NCBI GenBank assembly: GCA_963751345.1
Contig: CAVVUS010000014.1
Coordinates: 212,601-276,600, forward strand
Length of the DNA: 64,000 bases
Origin: an uncultured Chloroflexia bacterium
GTDB lineage: Bacteria; Chloroflexota; Anaerolineae; B4-G1; SLSP01
Reading direction: 5' to 3'
Both the position numbers and the translations under genes were made by a program. Below the pieces are notes generated by a model, which saw nothing but the letters and a program-made list of their open reading frames with translations, ran no database searches and was not told where the DNA came from. Below, piece after piece: positions 1-11,900 of this stretch. Within the stretch, counting starts at the first letter, position 1, and each line of letters begins with the position of its first letter.

Positions 1-420
1 GAGGTGCCGCTCGAAGAGCCGCGCCATTTCCCCGTCATCGACGGCTTGCGCGTCCTCTCCACGCCGTATCAGCATACGCCGTTGCGATGCCAGAGTCTCA
101 TCCATTTGGCGGCGCATGAAGAGAACTTTGTATCTGTAGCTATCGGGCAGATGCTGCAACAAAGCAGCGATCACCTTGACTGCCCTTCCTTGAGCATCGG
201 CCAACCAGGCCGTATCCCCGTCCGGCAGCTTCTTGACGCGCTCGAATTCGTAGTAACCCTTGGGGTTGTCCGAATTGGGCGTGCGGACCCCGTCTTGCAG
301 CACCGGGACACCGCCCTGCTCGAGCATACACATCATCATCGACGTGCCTGACCGCGGCAAGCCGGATACGATGATCACCGGGCTCTGCCGCGTACCGAAC
401 AGCTTCCTCAGGAATCCCAT
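1..420 (-). CDS. sulfotransferase family protein (N-terminal 140 codons; runs off the window start)
   Basis: My own translation of the minus strand from the ATG at 420-418 gives MGFLRKLFGTRQSPVIIVSGLPRSGTSMMMCMLEQGGVPVLQDG... GLPRSGTS matches the 5'-phosphosulfate-binding loop of PAPS-dependent sulfotransferases. The frame stays open to base 1, so it is absent from the ORF track. It starts 24 nt after the sat/cysC stop. Confidence 0.6.
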   Translation of the reverse strand, partial: MGFLRKLFGTRQSPVIIVSGLPRSGTSMMMCMLEQGGVPVLQDGVRTPNSDNPKGYYEFERVKKLPDGDTAWLADAQGRAVKVIAALLQHLPDSYRYKVLFMRRQMDETLASQRRMLIRRGEDAQAVDDGEMARLFERHL

Positions 421-444
421 TGGCGCCCTCTGCCTGAAAGCGAT

Positions 445-3743
<3,299 letters not shown>

Positions 3744-3772
3744 GGTCCCTCCTCAGAGCACAGACAGGCAAG

Positions 3773-3811
3773 GAAAAAGCTCGTACCCACGACGCTGCCG
3801 GGTACGAGCTC
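3773..3811 (-). terminator. intrinsic-terminator-like hairpin with U-tract, 30 nt upstream of the pgm ATG
   Basis: Minus strand reads AGCTCGTACCC-(11 nt loop)-GGGTACGAGCT followed by TTTTTCC. The stem is 11 bp and perfect. Confidence 0.6.
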
Positions 3812-3829
3812 CTAGACCCGATAACGGGC

Positions 3830-3857
3830 ATCCTACTTGAACCATAGGCCTTGTCAA
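3830..3857 (-). promoter_or_regulatory. sigma70-like promoter candidate (TTGACA-N16-TAGGAT) upstream of the hairpin and pgm
   Basis: Read by eye on the minus strand: TTGACA at 3857-3852 and TAGGAT at 3835-3830, with a 16-nt spacer. Confidence 0.45.
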
Positions 3858-3923
3858 GCCATGCAACCTACCAGTCTGATGCAACACGACTTGCCACCTG
3901 TGCACAGCCGCCCCAATGTCTGG

Positions 3924-4568
3924 TCAAGTTCCCTTCTGCTCGACGGCCTTGAGCGCGGTAAGTAAGCGCACCATCTGCAGATTGTTCGTGACGTCGCCTC
4001 GCGTTCGCTCCAACACTCCCCGAAGCTGATCCACCCTCCGCCGCAGCCCACGCGTGATCGCATCCGGGTAGCTGAAAGACATCAGGACCTCGTATACGGC
4101 ATCCATTGCCGCCAGCAGCCGCTCTGCCTCATCAAGATTCTCGTGGCGCAACATGTCTAGACAGCGTCGCCGCAGTTCGCTCGCGGCCTCACAGACGCCG
4201 TTGAGGTACGTGTTGAGCGGTATGCCGGCGGTGTCCACGGACGGCAAGGCCCGATTCGAGATCAGGGCCAACGTCACGCGCGCCTCGACGAGCTCCTTCA
4301 GCGCATCCTGCGTATAGCCCGCATAGTCAAGCTCGGGATAGGGAGCCAGTAACGTCTGCATCTCCCGTCCGACACGCTCGGCCTCGGCCAACAGTGACTC
4401 AGCCTCATCCCATTGATCCCTATGGCCTGCGCGAATGGCGTTGGAGCAAAGACGAATCAACGCCCGGCTCTGCTGGAGGGCCTCGTCTCTGATCCGATTC
4501 TGTGTGGCAAGATCGTCCTCCGCCAGCGAGGCCAGCGAATCCAGCCAGGTGTGAAGTGCTTCGTTCAT
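3924..4568 (-). CDS. translin family protein
   Basis: 214 aa, helical. The segment YLNGVCEAASELRRRCLD...LRRRVDQLRGVLERTRGDV parallels translin/TRAX (YLxGxxxxxxELxR ... LRKRYDxLKYDVKKVE). The start is 6 nt after the DUF3467 stop. Confidence 0.65.
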   Translation of the reverse strand: MNEALHTWLDSLASLAEDDLATQNRIRDEALQQSRALIRLCSNAIRAGHRDQWDEAESLLAEAERVGREMQTLLAPYPELDYAGYTQDALKELVEARVTLALISNRALPSVDTAGIPLNTYLNGVCEAASELRRRCLDMLRHENLDEAERLLAAMDAVYEVLMSFSYPDAITRGLRRRVDQLRGVLERTRGDVTNNLQMVRLLTALKAVEQKGT

Positions 4569-4574
4569 CGTCCG

Positions 4575-4892
4575 TCACTCTCCTTCCGGCGGTGTCTTTC
4601 CGCCGAAGAAAGAACGAATAAGGTCGTCGCTCTGACCGGGCGTGGCGATCTCACCATATGTAGCCTCGTATTTGCCCAGATTCTCCTGAAGCGCCCGCAA
4701 CATCAACTTGGCATTGAGCGGTGTCATGATCACCCGCGAGCGAACGCGTACTGAGGGCTGATTGGGGAGCATCTGGGCGAAATCTACGATCAACTCCGAC
4801 GGCGTATGGGAGATCAGCGCAAAGTTTGCGTAGGTCGGTTCTAGGTCCGCCGGCAACTCGATGTTCAACGACCTTGGCTTCGGCTGTGCCAT
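4575..4892 (-). CDS. DUF3467 domain protein
   Basis: 105 aa. YANFALISHTPSELIVDFAQMLPNQP...VIMTPLNAKLMLRALQENLGKYEATYGEI matches my memory of the DUF3467 family pattern. Confidence 0.7.
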   Translation of the reverse strand: MAQPKPRSLNIELPADLEPTYANFALISHTPSELIVDFAQMLPNQPSVRVRSRVIMTPLNAKLMLRALQENLGKYEATYGEIATPGQSDDLIRSFFGGKTPPEGE

Positions 4893-4907
4893 CCTGCCTC
4901 CTCACTT

Positions 4908-4943
4908 AGAGAAAACAACAGAGGGGAGAGGTCCCCTCTGTTG
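4908..4943 (-). terminator. rho-independent terminator downstream of ssb
   Basis: Minus strand reads ACAACAGAGGGGA-cctc-TCCCCTCTGTTGT followed by TTTTCTCT. The stem is 13 bp and perfect. Confidence 0.75.
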
Positions 4944-4969
4944 TCGATATGCTAGCATTGGGCAGGGGC

Positions 4970-5395
4970 TCAGAACGGGATCTCGTCCTCGGCGACGTAA
5001 TCCGGGCCCTCGGCTTCCTCGCCACCGCCACCGGGTGCGGTATCGCCGCGCCCGCCCAGGAAGATGATGCGGTCGGCTGTCACTTCGTAGCTGGCCCCCG
5101 GAGTCCCGTCCTGTCGAGTCCAGATGCGCGGGCCACCAGTGGCCTTGTCGGGCGTTAGCCGCCCCTCGACCATAACCTGCCTTCCCTTGCTCAGATACTG
5201 AGCAGCTATCTCGGCCTGCCGGCGCCAAACGGAGACGCGGAACCAAACCGTCTCCTCGCCCTGAGAGCCGTCTGAGTTCGTCCAGCGTCTGTTGGTTGCT
5301 ATGCTGAAGGACGTAACGGGCGTTCCGTCTGGGGTGTATCGCATCTCGGGGTCACGCCCCAGGTTACCGACAATGATCAACTTCTGGTAGGACAT
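4970..5395 (-). CDS. ssb: single-stranded DNA-binding protein
   Basis: 141 aa. It has an OB-fold N-terminus (LIIVGNLGRDPEMRYTPDGTPVTSFSIATNRRW), a Gly-rich linker and the acidic tail DEIPF. Confidence 0.95.
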   Translation of the reverse strand: MSYQKLIIVGNLGRDPEMRYTPDGTPVTSFSIATNRRWTNSDGSQGEETVWFRVSVWRRQAEIAAQYLSKGRQVMVEGRLTPDKATGGPRIWTRQDGTPGASYEVTADRIIFLGGRGDTAPGGGGEEAEGPDYVAEDEIPF

Positions 5396-5453
5396 TGCGT
5401 ACGACTCCTTTCAAGAGCAATCCTTGGTGCCGCGGAGGAAGGCTAATATCCCT

Positions 5454-5482
5454 ATTTTACTGCAGAGAGACTCGAAAGGCAA
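5454..5482 (-). promoter_or_regulatory. sigma70-like promoter candidate for ssb (TTGCCT-N17-TAAAAT)
   Basis: On the minus strand, TTGCCT lies at 5482-5477 and TAAAAT at 5459-5454. An AAGGAG RBS sits 9 nt before the ATG. Confidence 0.5.
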
Positions 5483-5560
5483 ACGCAATAGCAGAAATAC
5501 GCCGCACCATCTGCATTTTGCGCCAACTCCGTTGCCAAGGGCAGGCCGGCCTGCCCGCGC

Positions 5561-6925
5561 TTAGGTCGAGGGTAGAGATGGGGGTCCTGCAGCCGGCTCC
5601 TGGACTTCGAGGTAGGGTCGCGGATTGACCCAATCCTGCAGAGCGGGCACGTGGAGCCCCTCGACACGCATTCCCAGGTGCAGATGCGTCCCGGCAGGAT
5701 CTCCCGCCGGATCGATCAACCCAAGCAAATCTCCTCTCGAGACCAGCGTGCCAATCGACACCTCGATCGTCGAGAGATGTGCGTATAAAAGCGTGATCTC
5801 TTCCCCTCCGGGTCCATAGCTGCGCACTCGAACGTGATAACCATAGCCATCTCGATCCAGCGCAACCTGCGTTACGGTGCCGGCGAGCGACGCGCAGATC
5901 GGGCTTGGCCCGGTCGACGCGTCGGCCAAGCCGAGGTCAACTCCGTTGTGCCCCCCGACCATCCCGTAGGTTTGGTAGTAGGTCTCCTGCTCCTGACCAA
6001 ACACGCGCTCGTAGTGGCGGGATGGTGTGGGCCAGAGCAATGGCATCTGCTGCGGGTCCGGTAGCCTGGGCCGGTTGGCGACTGCCGAGATGACATCCCG
6101 AGGCGTCCCGTCGGTATCCAGCCACGCGATAGGATCGAGCCGTGGATCTCGCGAGCGGAACGGGAAACCGCACGCACCCAGCACACGATCGTACTGGGCG
6201 GTCAACGTCAGGAACTCCGCATACTCACGACCCCGCCGGACAGGAGAGACGCCGGGATCTAGGTCGGCAAACTCGGTCACGATGCAGTCTCGCTGTGGGG
6301 AAGCGTCAAGATACGCCCTTAGAAACCACATAGCACCTTCATACTCACGCATCTCGTCGAGCGAGCGCCAGTAGATATGGAGGGCGACCCAGTCGGCGCT
6401 GTCAAGTGCACCTGCACATTGGTGAAGGAACACGACATCATCGCCGACCGTTGCGACATCCGGATGCGGCCGCCCGACGGCAACAAGCGCAGGAAAACCG
6501 ATCTTGACATCGTAGCCGAATCGGCCGTGTAGACACCGCACGACCTCGCCAAACCATGCCGAGAAGGCCGCTCCATCCTCCCAAGAACGTGTGAGACCGC
6601 GATCGACCCGGTTTGGCTCATCGTGAATCTCGAGGAAGCGCGCGCCGGCATCCAGGAATAGCCCGATTTGGCTTGAGAACTCATCAACGAAAGCCGACGG
6701 GGTCACGGCCTGCCTTGCCGGCGTGGGGCTCAACAGGTGGAGCACAAAGCTATCGGCTCCGGCGTCGCGCCACTTTTGGAGATCCGACACCGGATTGACG
6801 TGGCATCTTAGCCGGACCATGGGCCTATCGGCGCCCGCCAATCCGCTCGCGTAAGCGACGAGATCCGCTCGCCGCACCGGACCTGCCGGGGCAACTACGC
6901 CCGGCGCGGCGTGGCCTACACTCAA
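5561..6925 (-). CDS. fusion protein: clan GH-A-like TIM-barrel domain plus C-terminal M23 peptidase
   Basis: 454 aa. The N-terminal part has GH-A-like motifs (FLEIHDEPN, IVTEFAD). The C-terminal part has M23 signatures (HNGVDL ... THLHLGMRV). A TTG start overlaps the amidase stop (TTGA). Confidence 0.7.
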   Translation of the reverse strand: MSVGHAAPGVVAPAGPVRRADLVAYASGLAGADRPMVRLRCHVNPVSDLQKWRDAGADSFVLHLLSPTPARQAVTPSAFVDEFSSQIGLFLDAGARFLEIHDEPNRVDRGLTRSWEDGAAFSAWFGEVVRCLHGRFGYDVKIGFPALVAVGRPHPDVATVGDDVVFLHQCAGALDSADWVALHIYWRSLDEMREYEGAMWFLRAYLDASPQRDCIVTEFADLDPGVSPVRRGREYAEFLTLTAQYDRVLGACGFPFRSRDPRLDPIAWLDTDGTPRDVISAVANRPRLPDPQQMPLLWPTPSRHYERVFGQEQETYYQTYGMVGGHNGVDLGLADASTGPSPICASLAGTVTQVALDRDGYGYHVRVRSYGPGGEEITLLYAHLSTIEVSIGTLVSRGDLLGLIDPAGDPAGTHLHLGMRVEGLHVPALQDWVNPRPYLEVQEPAAGPPSLPST

Positions 6926-7698
6926 GGGGATGCGCCCTCGATGAAACAGACCAGGCCATTGGCAATGCCCTGGGCCACAACGTTCGGGCGTTGGGTCAAC
7001 AACTCCCGATCATCGAGCATGAAACCAAGCTCGATGATCGCCGCCGGCGTGTTGGGATCTATCTCGTAGTAGGCGTGATAACGTCGCATATCGTACGTGA
7101 TCGTGTAGGGGTCAAAAGCCAGACCGGTCGCCTCTGCATAGTAACGACTCACGCAATCGACAAGCCGGTCCTCAGGGTCAGGAATATAGCTGGATTCAGC
7201 ACGCGCCATCTTGAAGCCGGAACGCCCCTCCACATTGCAGGAATCCGAATGGATGGAGAGCAGCGCATCTGCCTGGAAGCCCTGCAGGCGCGCATCGAAC
7301 TCCTCAAGTTGCTCCACCTCCCAACCGCGTGCCGCCAGCAAGGCCACTACGCGCCGTGCGACGTCCGAGTTGATATCAACCTCCTGGAGTCCGTCGTCAC
7401 AGACTGCGCCGCTGTCGCTGCCGGTATGTCCGGCAATGATACCGACGTGCGGGACGGTGGGCGTTGGGGTGAACTGGGGTACCGGCGTCGTCGTGGGCGT
7501 AGGCACTTCCGTACGGAGGGGGATAACAATTGGGCCCTCTACCTGGGTAAGCTCCCCACTCTCATCCGTCGCCACGGCCACGATGGGAACCAGGCCTGTG
7601 GGCACTGTGAAGGCCGCGATAAAGGCAAGAAATACCACCACACGGACCGCCCAGCCCATTGCCCACGGATCGGAATCCGTCTTCCTTTTTATTGGCAT
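6922..7698 (-). CDS. N-acetylmuramoyl-L-alanine amidase (Amidase_3) with N-terminal membrane anchor
   Basis: 258 aa. The TM segment is AVRVVVFLAFIAAFTV. The amidase pattern reads GIIAGHTGSDSGAV...LLSIHSDS...AAIIELGFM. Confidence 0.85.
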   Translation of the reverse strand: MPIKRKTDSDPWAMGWAVRVVVFLAFIAAFTVPTGLVPIVAVATDESGELTQVEGPIVIPLRTEVPTPTTTPVPQFTPTPTVPHVGIIAGHTGSDSGAVCDDGLQEVDINSDVARRVVALLAARGWEVEQLEEFDARLQGFQADALLSIHSDSCNVEGRSGFKMARAESSYIPDPEDRLVDCVSRYYAEATGLAFDPYTITYDMRRYHAYYEIDPNTPAAIIELGFMLDDRELLTQRPNVVAQGIANGLVCFIEGASP

Positions 7699-7725
7699 TT
7701 GTCCCCATACACCCCTGGATAGCGC

Positions 7726-8514
7726 CTAGCGCATACGGCGCTTCCACTCATCCTTGATCTGGATCTGGCCCCAGTCGTCTCGATGAGTCAGGAAGTCGCG
7801 CAGCAGCCGGCTGAACTTATTCGCCTCGTCCAACATAGGATAGTGCTGGGCCCCGTCAAAGACAAATGAATATACGTTGCGCCCCAACATCGCCAGTGAT
7901 CCCTCATCCGGCGGAGAGATGATGGGATCATCCTGTCCGCTGACGAGAAGGATTGGAAGATCCTGATCCCGGAGCATTTTAACCAGATCCGCCGCAAGCA
8001 CCGAGCGCACACTCCGTACCACAGCTTCCCCGTCGGTCTTTGCAGCTTCCATATCCACTTCTTCGTAGGATTTGAGCCGCCGCCCCAGGATCACCTTCGC
8101 CGGGTTGTCACCACCGCTATAGCTTGCCAGAGCGCGTGTGATACCCTCACCCGACAGAGGGACACTGACCGCCATCACCTGATCCACGCGGTCAGCATGA
8201 GCCATAGCGAAAGAGATCGCAACAACTCCGCCGAGGCCGTGACCGATGATGGGCACCCGCCCGATCCCCATCTGATCCAGGAACAGCTCAACCTGGGCGA
8301 CGTAACCCGGGATATCGTAACGACCGGCAACTCTGTCCGAGTCACCGAATCCCCAGAAATCGAGGGCGTATGCCCGATAGGATGACGACAGCTCGACCAT
8401 CGTGGGCACCCAGTAGCGCCAGGAACCCAGCCAACCGTGCAGAAAGAGCAAGGGCCGACCCCGGCCCAATGCCTCATAGTGCACCAGGCTGCTCTCAAGG
8501 ATAATGGCGCTCAT
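7726..8514 (-). CDS. alpha/beta-hydrolase-fold protein whose nucleophile serine is replaced by glycine (paralogue of 16359..17159)
   Basis: 262 aa. The nucleophile elbow reads IIGHGLGGVV (codon GGC) where GHSxGG is expected. The Asp (GQDDPI) and His (AQHYPMLDE) positions are kept. The N-terminal 60 aa are about 60% identical to the 16359..17159 product. Confidence 0.8.
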   Translation of the reverse strand: MSAIILESSLVHYEALGRGRPLLFLHGWLGSWRYWVPTMVELSSSYRAYALDFWGFGDSDRVAGRYDIPGYVAQVELFLDQMGIGRVPIIGHGLGGVVAISFAMAHADRVDQVMAVSVPLSGEGITRALASYSGGDNPAKVILGRRLKSYEEVDMEAAKTDGEAVVRSVRSVLAADLVKMLRDQDLPILLVSGQDDPIISPPDEGSLAMLGRNVYSFVFDGAQHYPMLDEANKFSRLLRDFLTHRDDWGQIQIKDEWKRRMR

Positions 8515-8575
8515 CGCATGAGTTCACACGTCGAAAGGTTGACCCGCCCGCACGTTCAAGCGGCGATCACCCTCA

Positions 8576-8962
8576 TCAGAGGCTCCGACCCTTCTCAGTA
8601 TCCCCCAGGACACGCTCGACTTGCTCCGTGAGGTCGTCCGGTGCAAAAGGCTTGAGGATGTAGTCAACCGCGCCCACGTCGAGCCCCTCTTGGATCTCGC
8701 TCTCCTGTCCCTTTGCCGACAGGAAGATCACAGGCACATCCTTGGTCTCGGCTCGCTTCTTCAGCGCTTCACAGGCCTGATAGCCCGTCATCCTGGGCAT
8801 TCGCACGTCCATAAGAATCAGATCGGGATTGACCTCAAGCGCTTTCTCGACAGCCTCCGCTCCGTTTGCGACCAGGACCACCTCATGGCCTGCGAACTGG
8901 AGCGTGAAGGCAATCAGCTCCCGGATGTCACGCTCATCTTCAGCAACCAGGATCTTCGCCAT
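8576..8962 (-). CDS. single-domain response regulator (CheY-like receiver)
   Basis: MAKILVAEDERDIRE...LILMDVRMPRMTGY...VIFLSAKG...DYILKPF. I prefer the ATG at 8962, which overlaps the kinase stop by 23 nt, over the ORF-track start at 9010. Confidence 0.9.
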   Translation of the reverse strand: MAKILVAEDERDIRELIAFTLQFAGHEVVLVANGAEAVEKALEVNPDLILMDVRMPRMTGYQACEALKKRAETKDVPVIFLSAKGQESEIQEGLDVGAVDYILKPFAPDDLTEQVERVLGDTEKGRSL

Positions 8963-11900
8963 ACTTGGACTCCTTGTCAGCGCCATTTTCGCTGATTTCA
9001 GCATAGACATCAGCCGCCAGCTCGTCCACGGAGAACGGTTGTGGCACGAAGCGGATACCGGTCTGATCCTTCAGCTTTTCCTGTAGTTCTGCAGCCTGAC
9101 TCTGCGCAGCAATGTCGGACCCATAGGTCACCACCACCGGGACCTTGGACGTTCTACGATCCCGCCTGAGGCGATCCAGGAATAGATACCCGTCGATGTC
9201 CGTCAGTGCAAGGTCAAGCACCACCATCGCAGGGCACAGATGACGGGCCAGCCCGAGCGCTCGCTCCCCACGCATTGTCGCCCTCACCGCGATGCCCCTC
9301 GTCCGTAGAGCTGAACGCAGTTGGTCCAGCGATTCACCGGTGCCGCCGGCCAACAGGACCACTTCGTGTGGTCGCAGGTTGCGTCGAATGACATCAAGGA
9401 GTTTCTGCTCATCCAGCGGCTTATTGAGGTAGTCGAATACGCCTAATGCTCGCCCACGGTCGCGGTCCGAGACCACCGAGACGATGGCCACCGGGATATC
9501 AGCGGTCTCCGGATCTCGCTGGAGCAACTGCAACACCGCAAGGCCATCAAGATCCGGAAGACGGATATCCAGCGAGATGAAATCAGGAAGCTTCTCACGC
9601 GCCATCTGCAGCGCCGCCTCACCTGAGGCAGCTTTCAGCACCTTCATGCCCTCTGACTCGAGCGTGACCTGAAGCAGCCTGGAAATCTCCGGATCGTCCT
9701 CCACGACTAAGATCGTAGGTACCGGCTCGGTGGTCACCGGTGGAGGCAACACACCCACATCCTCGGTGGGCTCACCTTCTGCAAGAGGAATCGAGAAGGT
9801 GAAAATGCTACCCTTTCCGAGCTCGCTTTCAAGCCAGATGCTGCCCCCGTGCATCTGGATCAGCGAAAGCGTGATAGCGAGTCCCAGGCCGGTGCCCGAC
9901 ACTTCATAGACAGCAGGGTCGTCTTCGACGCGGTAGAACCTCTCGAAGATGCGTTTCTGGTTCTCGGGCGCTATGCCGATGCCCGTGTCTGCCACCGCCA
10001 CGTGTAGTGAAGCCTCGCGGACGTAGGTATAGACAGTAACCCGTCCACCTGCCGGAGTGTACTTGTAGGCATTGCCAATCAGGTTCAGCAGGATTTGTAT
10101 GAGCCGGTCGGGATCTCCATAGACCTTGGGCAACCCCGGGGGAAGAACAGTGAAAAACGTCTGATCCTTCTCCGCGACCCTTGGCTCAACGTCGGCAGCA
10201 ACTTGGGTGATGATCTCTTCCATTGAGACCGGACGGCTCAAGAGCTCGATCCGCCCTTGCTCAATCCGGGAAATATCCAACAGATCGTTGACGAGGTTCG
10301 TCAAGCGGTCCGCATTGGTCTTCACCCGCCTGAGAAACTCCAACTGCATCTCCGGAAAGGTCCCTGCGGCGCCGTTGAGCATCAGATCGACGTAGCCGAC
10401 AATGGAGGTCATAGGCGTCCGGAGCTCGTGAGAGACCGTGGAGACGAAATCGGTTTTCGCTCGATCGGCCTCGATCTCAGAGGTGACATCCCTAAAGACA
10501 GAGACGACCCCAAGGAATTCCCTCGTAGTCGATACCACGGGGGAGATATGGACGCTCACGTAGCGGCGATCAACCGTAAGCCGCCGCGTAAGAATGGCGC
10601 CGGCGGCGTAGCGTTCCGGATACGTACGCCAGTTCACGATCGGCGAAAGCCACTCGTGTACATCACTGCTGAACAATCCCAAGATCTCGGTTTGGTCTCG
10701 TCCTAACGCTTGCTGACGCATAATGGAGAGTATCTTCTCCGCAGCAGCGTTGAAGAGGACAATGTCACCACGCTCATCCGCAACCATCACGCCGTCCGCG
10801 ATATCCTCCAGGATGGCCTGGTCCTTGGCTGCATCGATCTGCTGTGTGCGTAACATCGTGCCGAGCCGCTCCGCTTGCTCGCGGATAAGACGATAGAGTT
10901 CGGCGTTGTTCAGGGCATTTCCCAACTGGACGGCAGCAGCCTCGACCAGACGTAACTGCGCCTCGTCAAAGACGTCTACCAGCGGCGACTCAAATAGGAT
11001 AACGCCAAGCGACTCTCCGGCGCTGCTGACGATGGGAACAGCCATCACCGACAAAGCCGACCCGACCTCCACCAGGCCGAACCGATTCTCGAGGCGTACA
11101 TCAGGAATCACCAACGATGTGCGTTTTTCCAGCACCCACCCCACAAGGCTGGTGCTGCGATCGAAAGCCACCAACCTGCCCCCCGGAGGGATTGGCTCCG
11201 CATGCCCAATCGCCGCGCGGTAGGATAGCTGCCCCGTGCTGTTGTCGAGCAGGATGACAGAACTGCGCGAAGCTCGGACGGCTCGCTGCAGCAGCATCAA
11301 AGCTTGGCTCAACACGAGATCAATATCAAGGCTCGCCACCAGCTCCGAAGCAATATGATAGAGCACCTCGGAACGATCCCGTTGGAAGCGCAGGCGCTCC
11401 AGCGCCTCAGCAAGCTCCTGCGTGCGCTCCGAAACGCGCTCCTCCAATTCCTCATTGAAGTGCTTGACTTCCTCAAAGAGACGCGCATTGTCTACTGCCA
11501 CCGATACCTGATCCGCCAATGCCATCAGTGTCGCGACATCCGCTGCAGAAAACTCCCCCTTTTGCTTACGGTCGGCAGTGAGAATGCCCACGGACCGACC
11601 CTCGGCCATCAGAGGCACCACGATGGAGGAGCCCATTGGGATAGGCGTGGAGGCAAACCGAGGATCATCCTCGGTATCCTCGGCCACAATCGGCATCCCC
11701 GTGTGAATCACTTCACGAATAAAGCCCGCCTCACCAGTCATCGAGACGTCGGCAGGGTAGTACTCCAATGCATAACCCGAAGACGCCATCGGCGTAAAGG
11801 CTTGCTCAGTGCGGTTCTGGAGGAATATGGTGGAGAAGTCGTAGCCCAGGAGATTCGTAACAGACTGCACAACGGTGTTCAGGACCAACGGCAGATCCAG

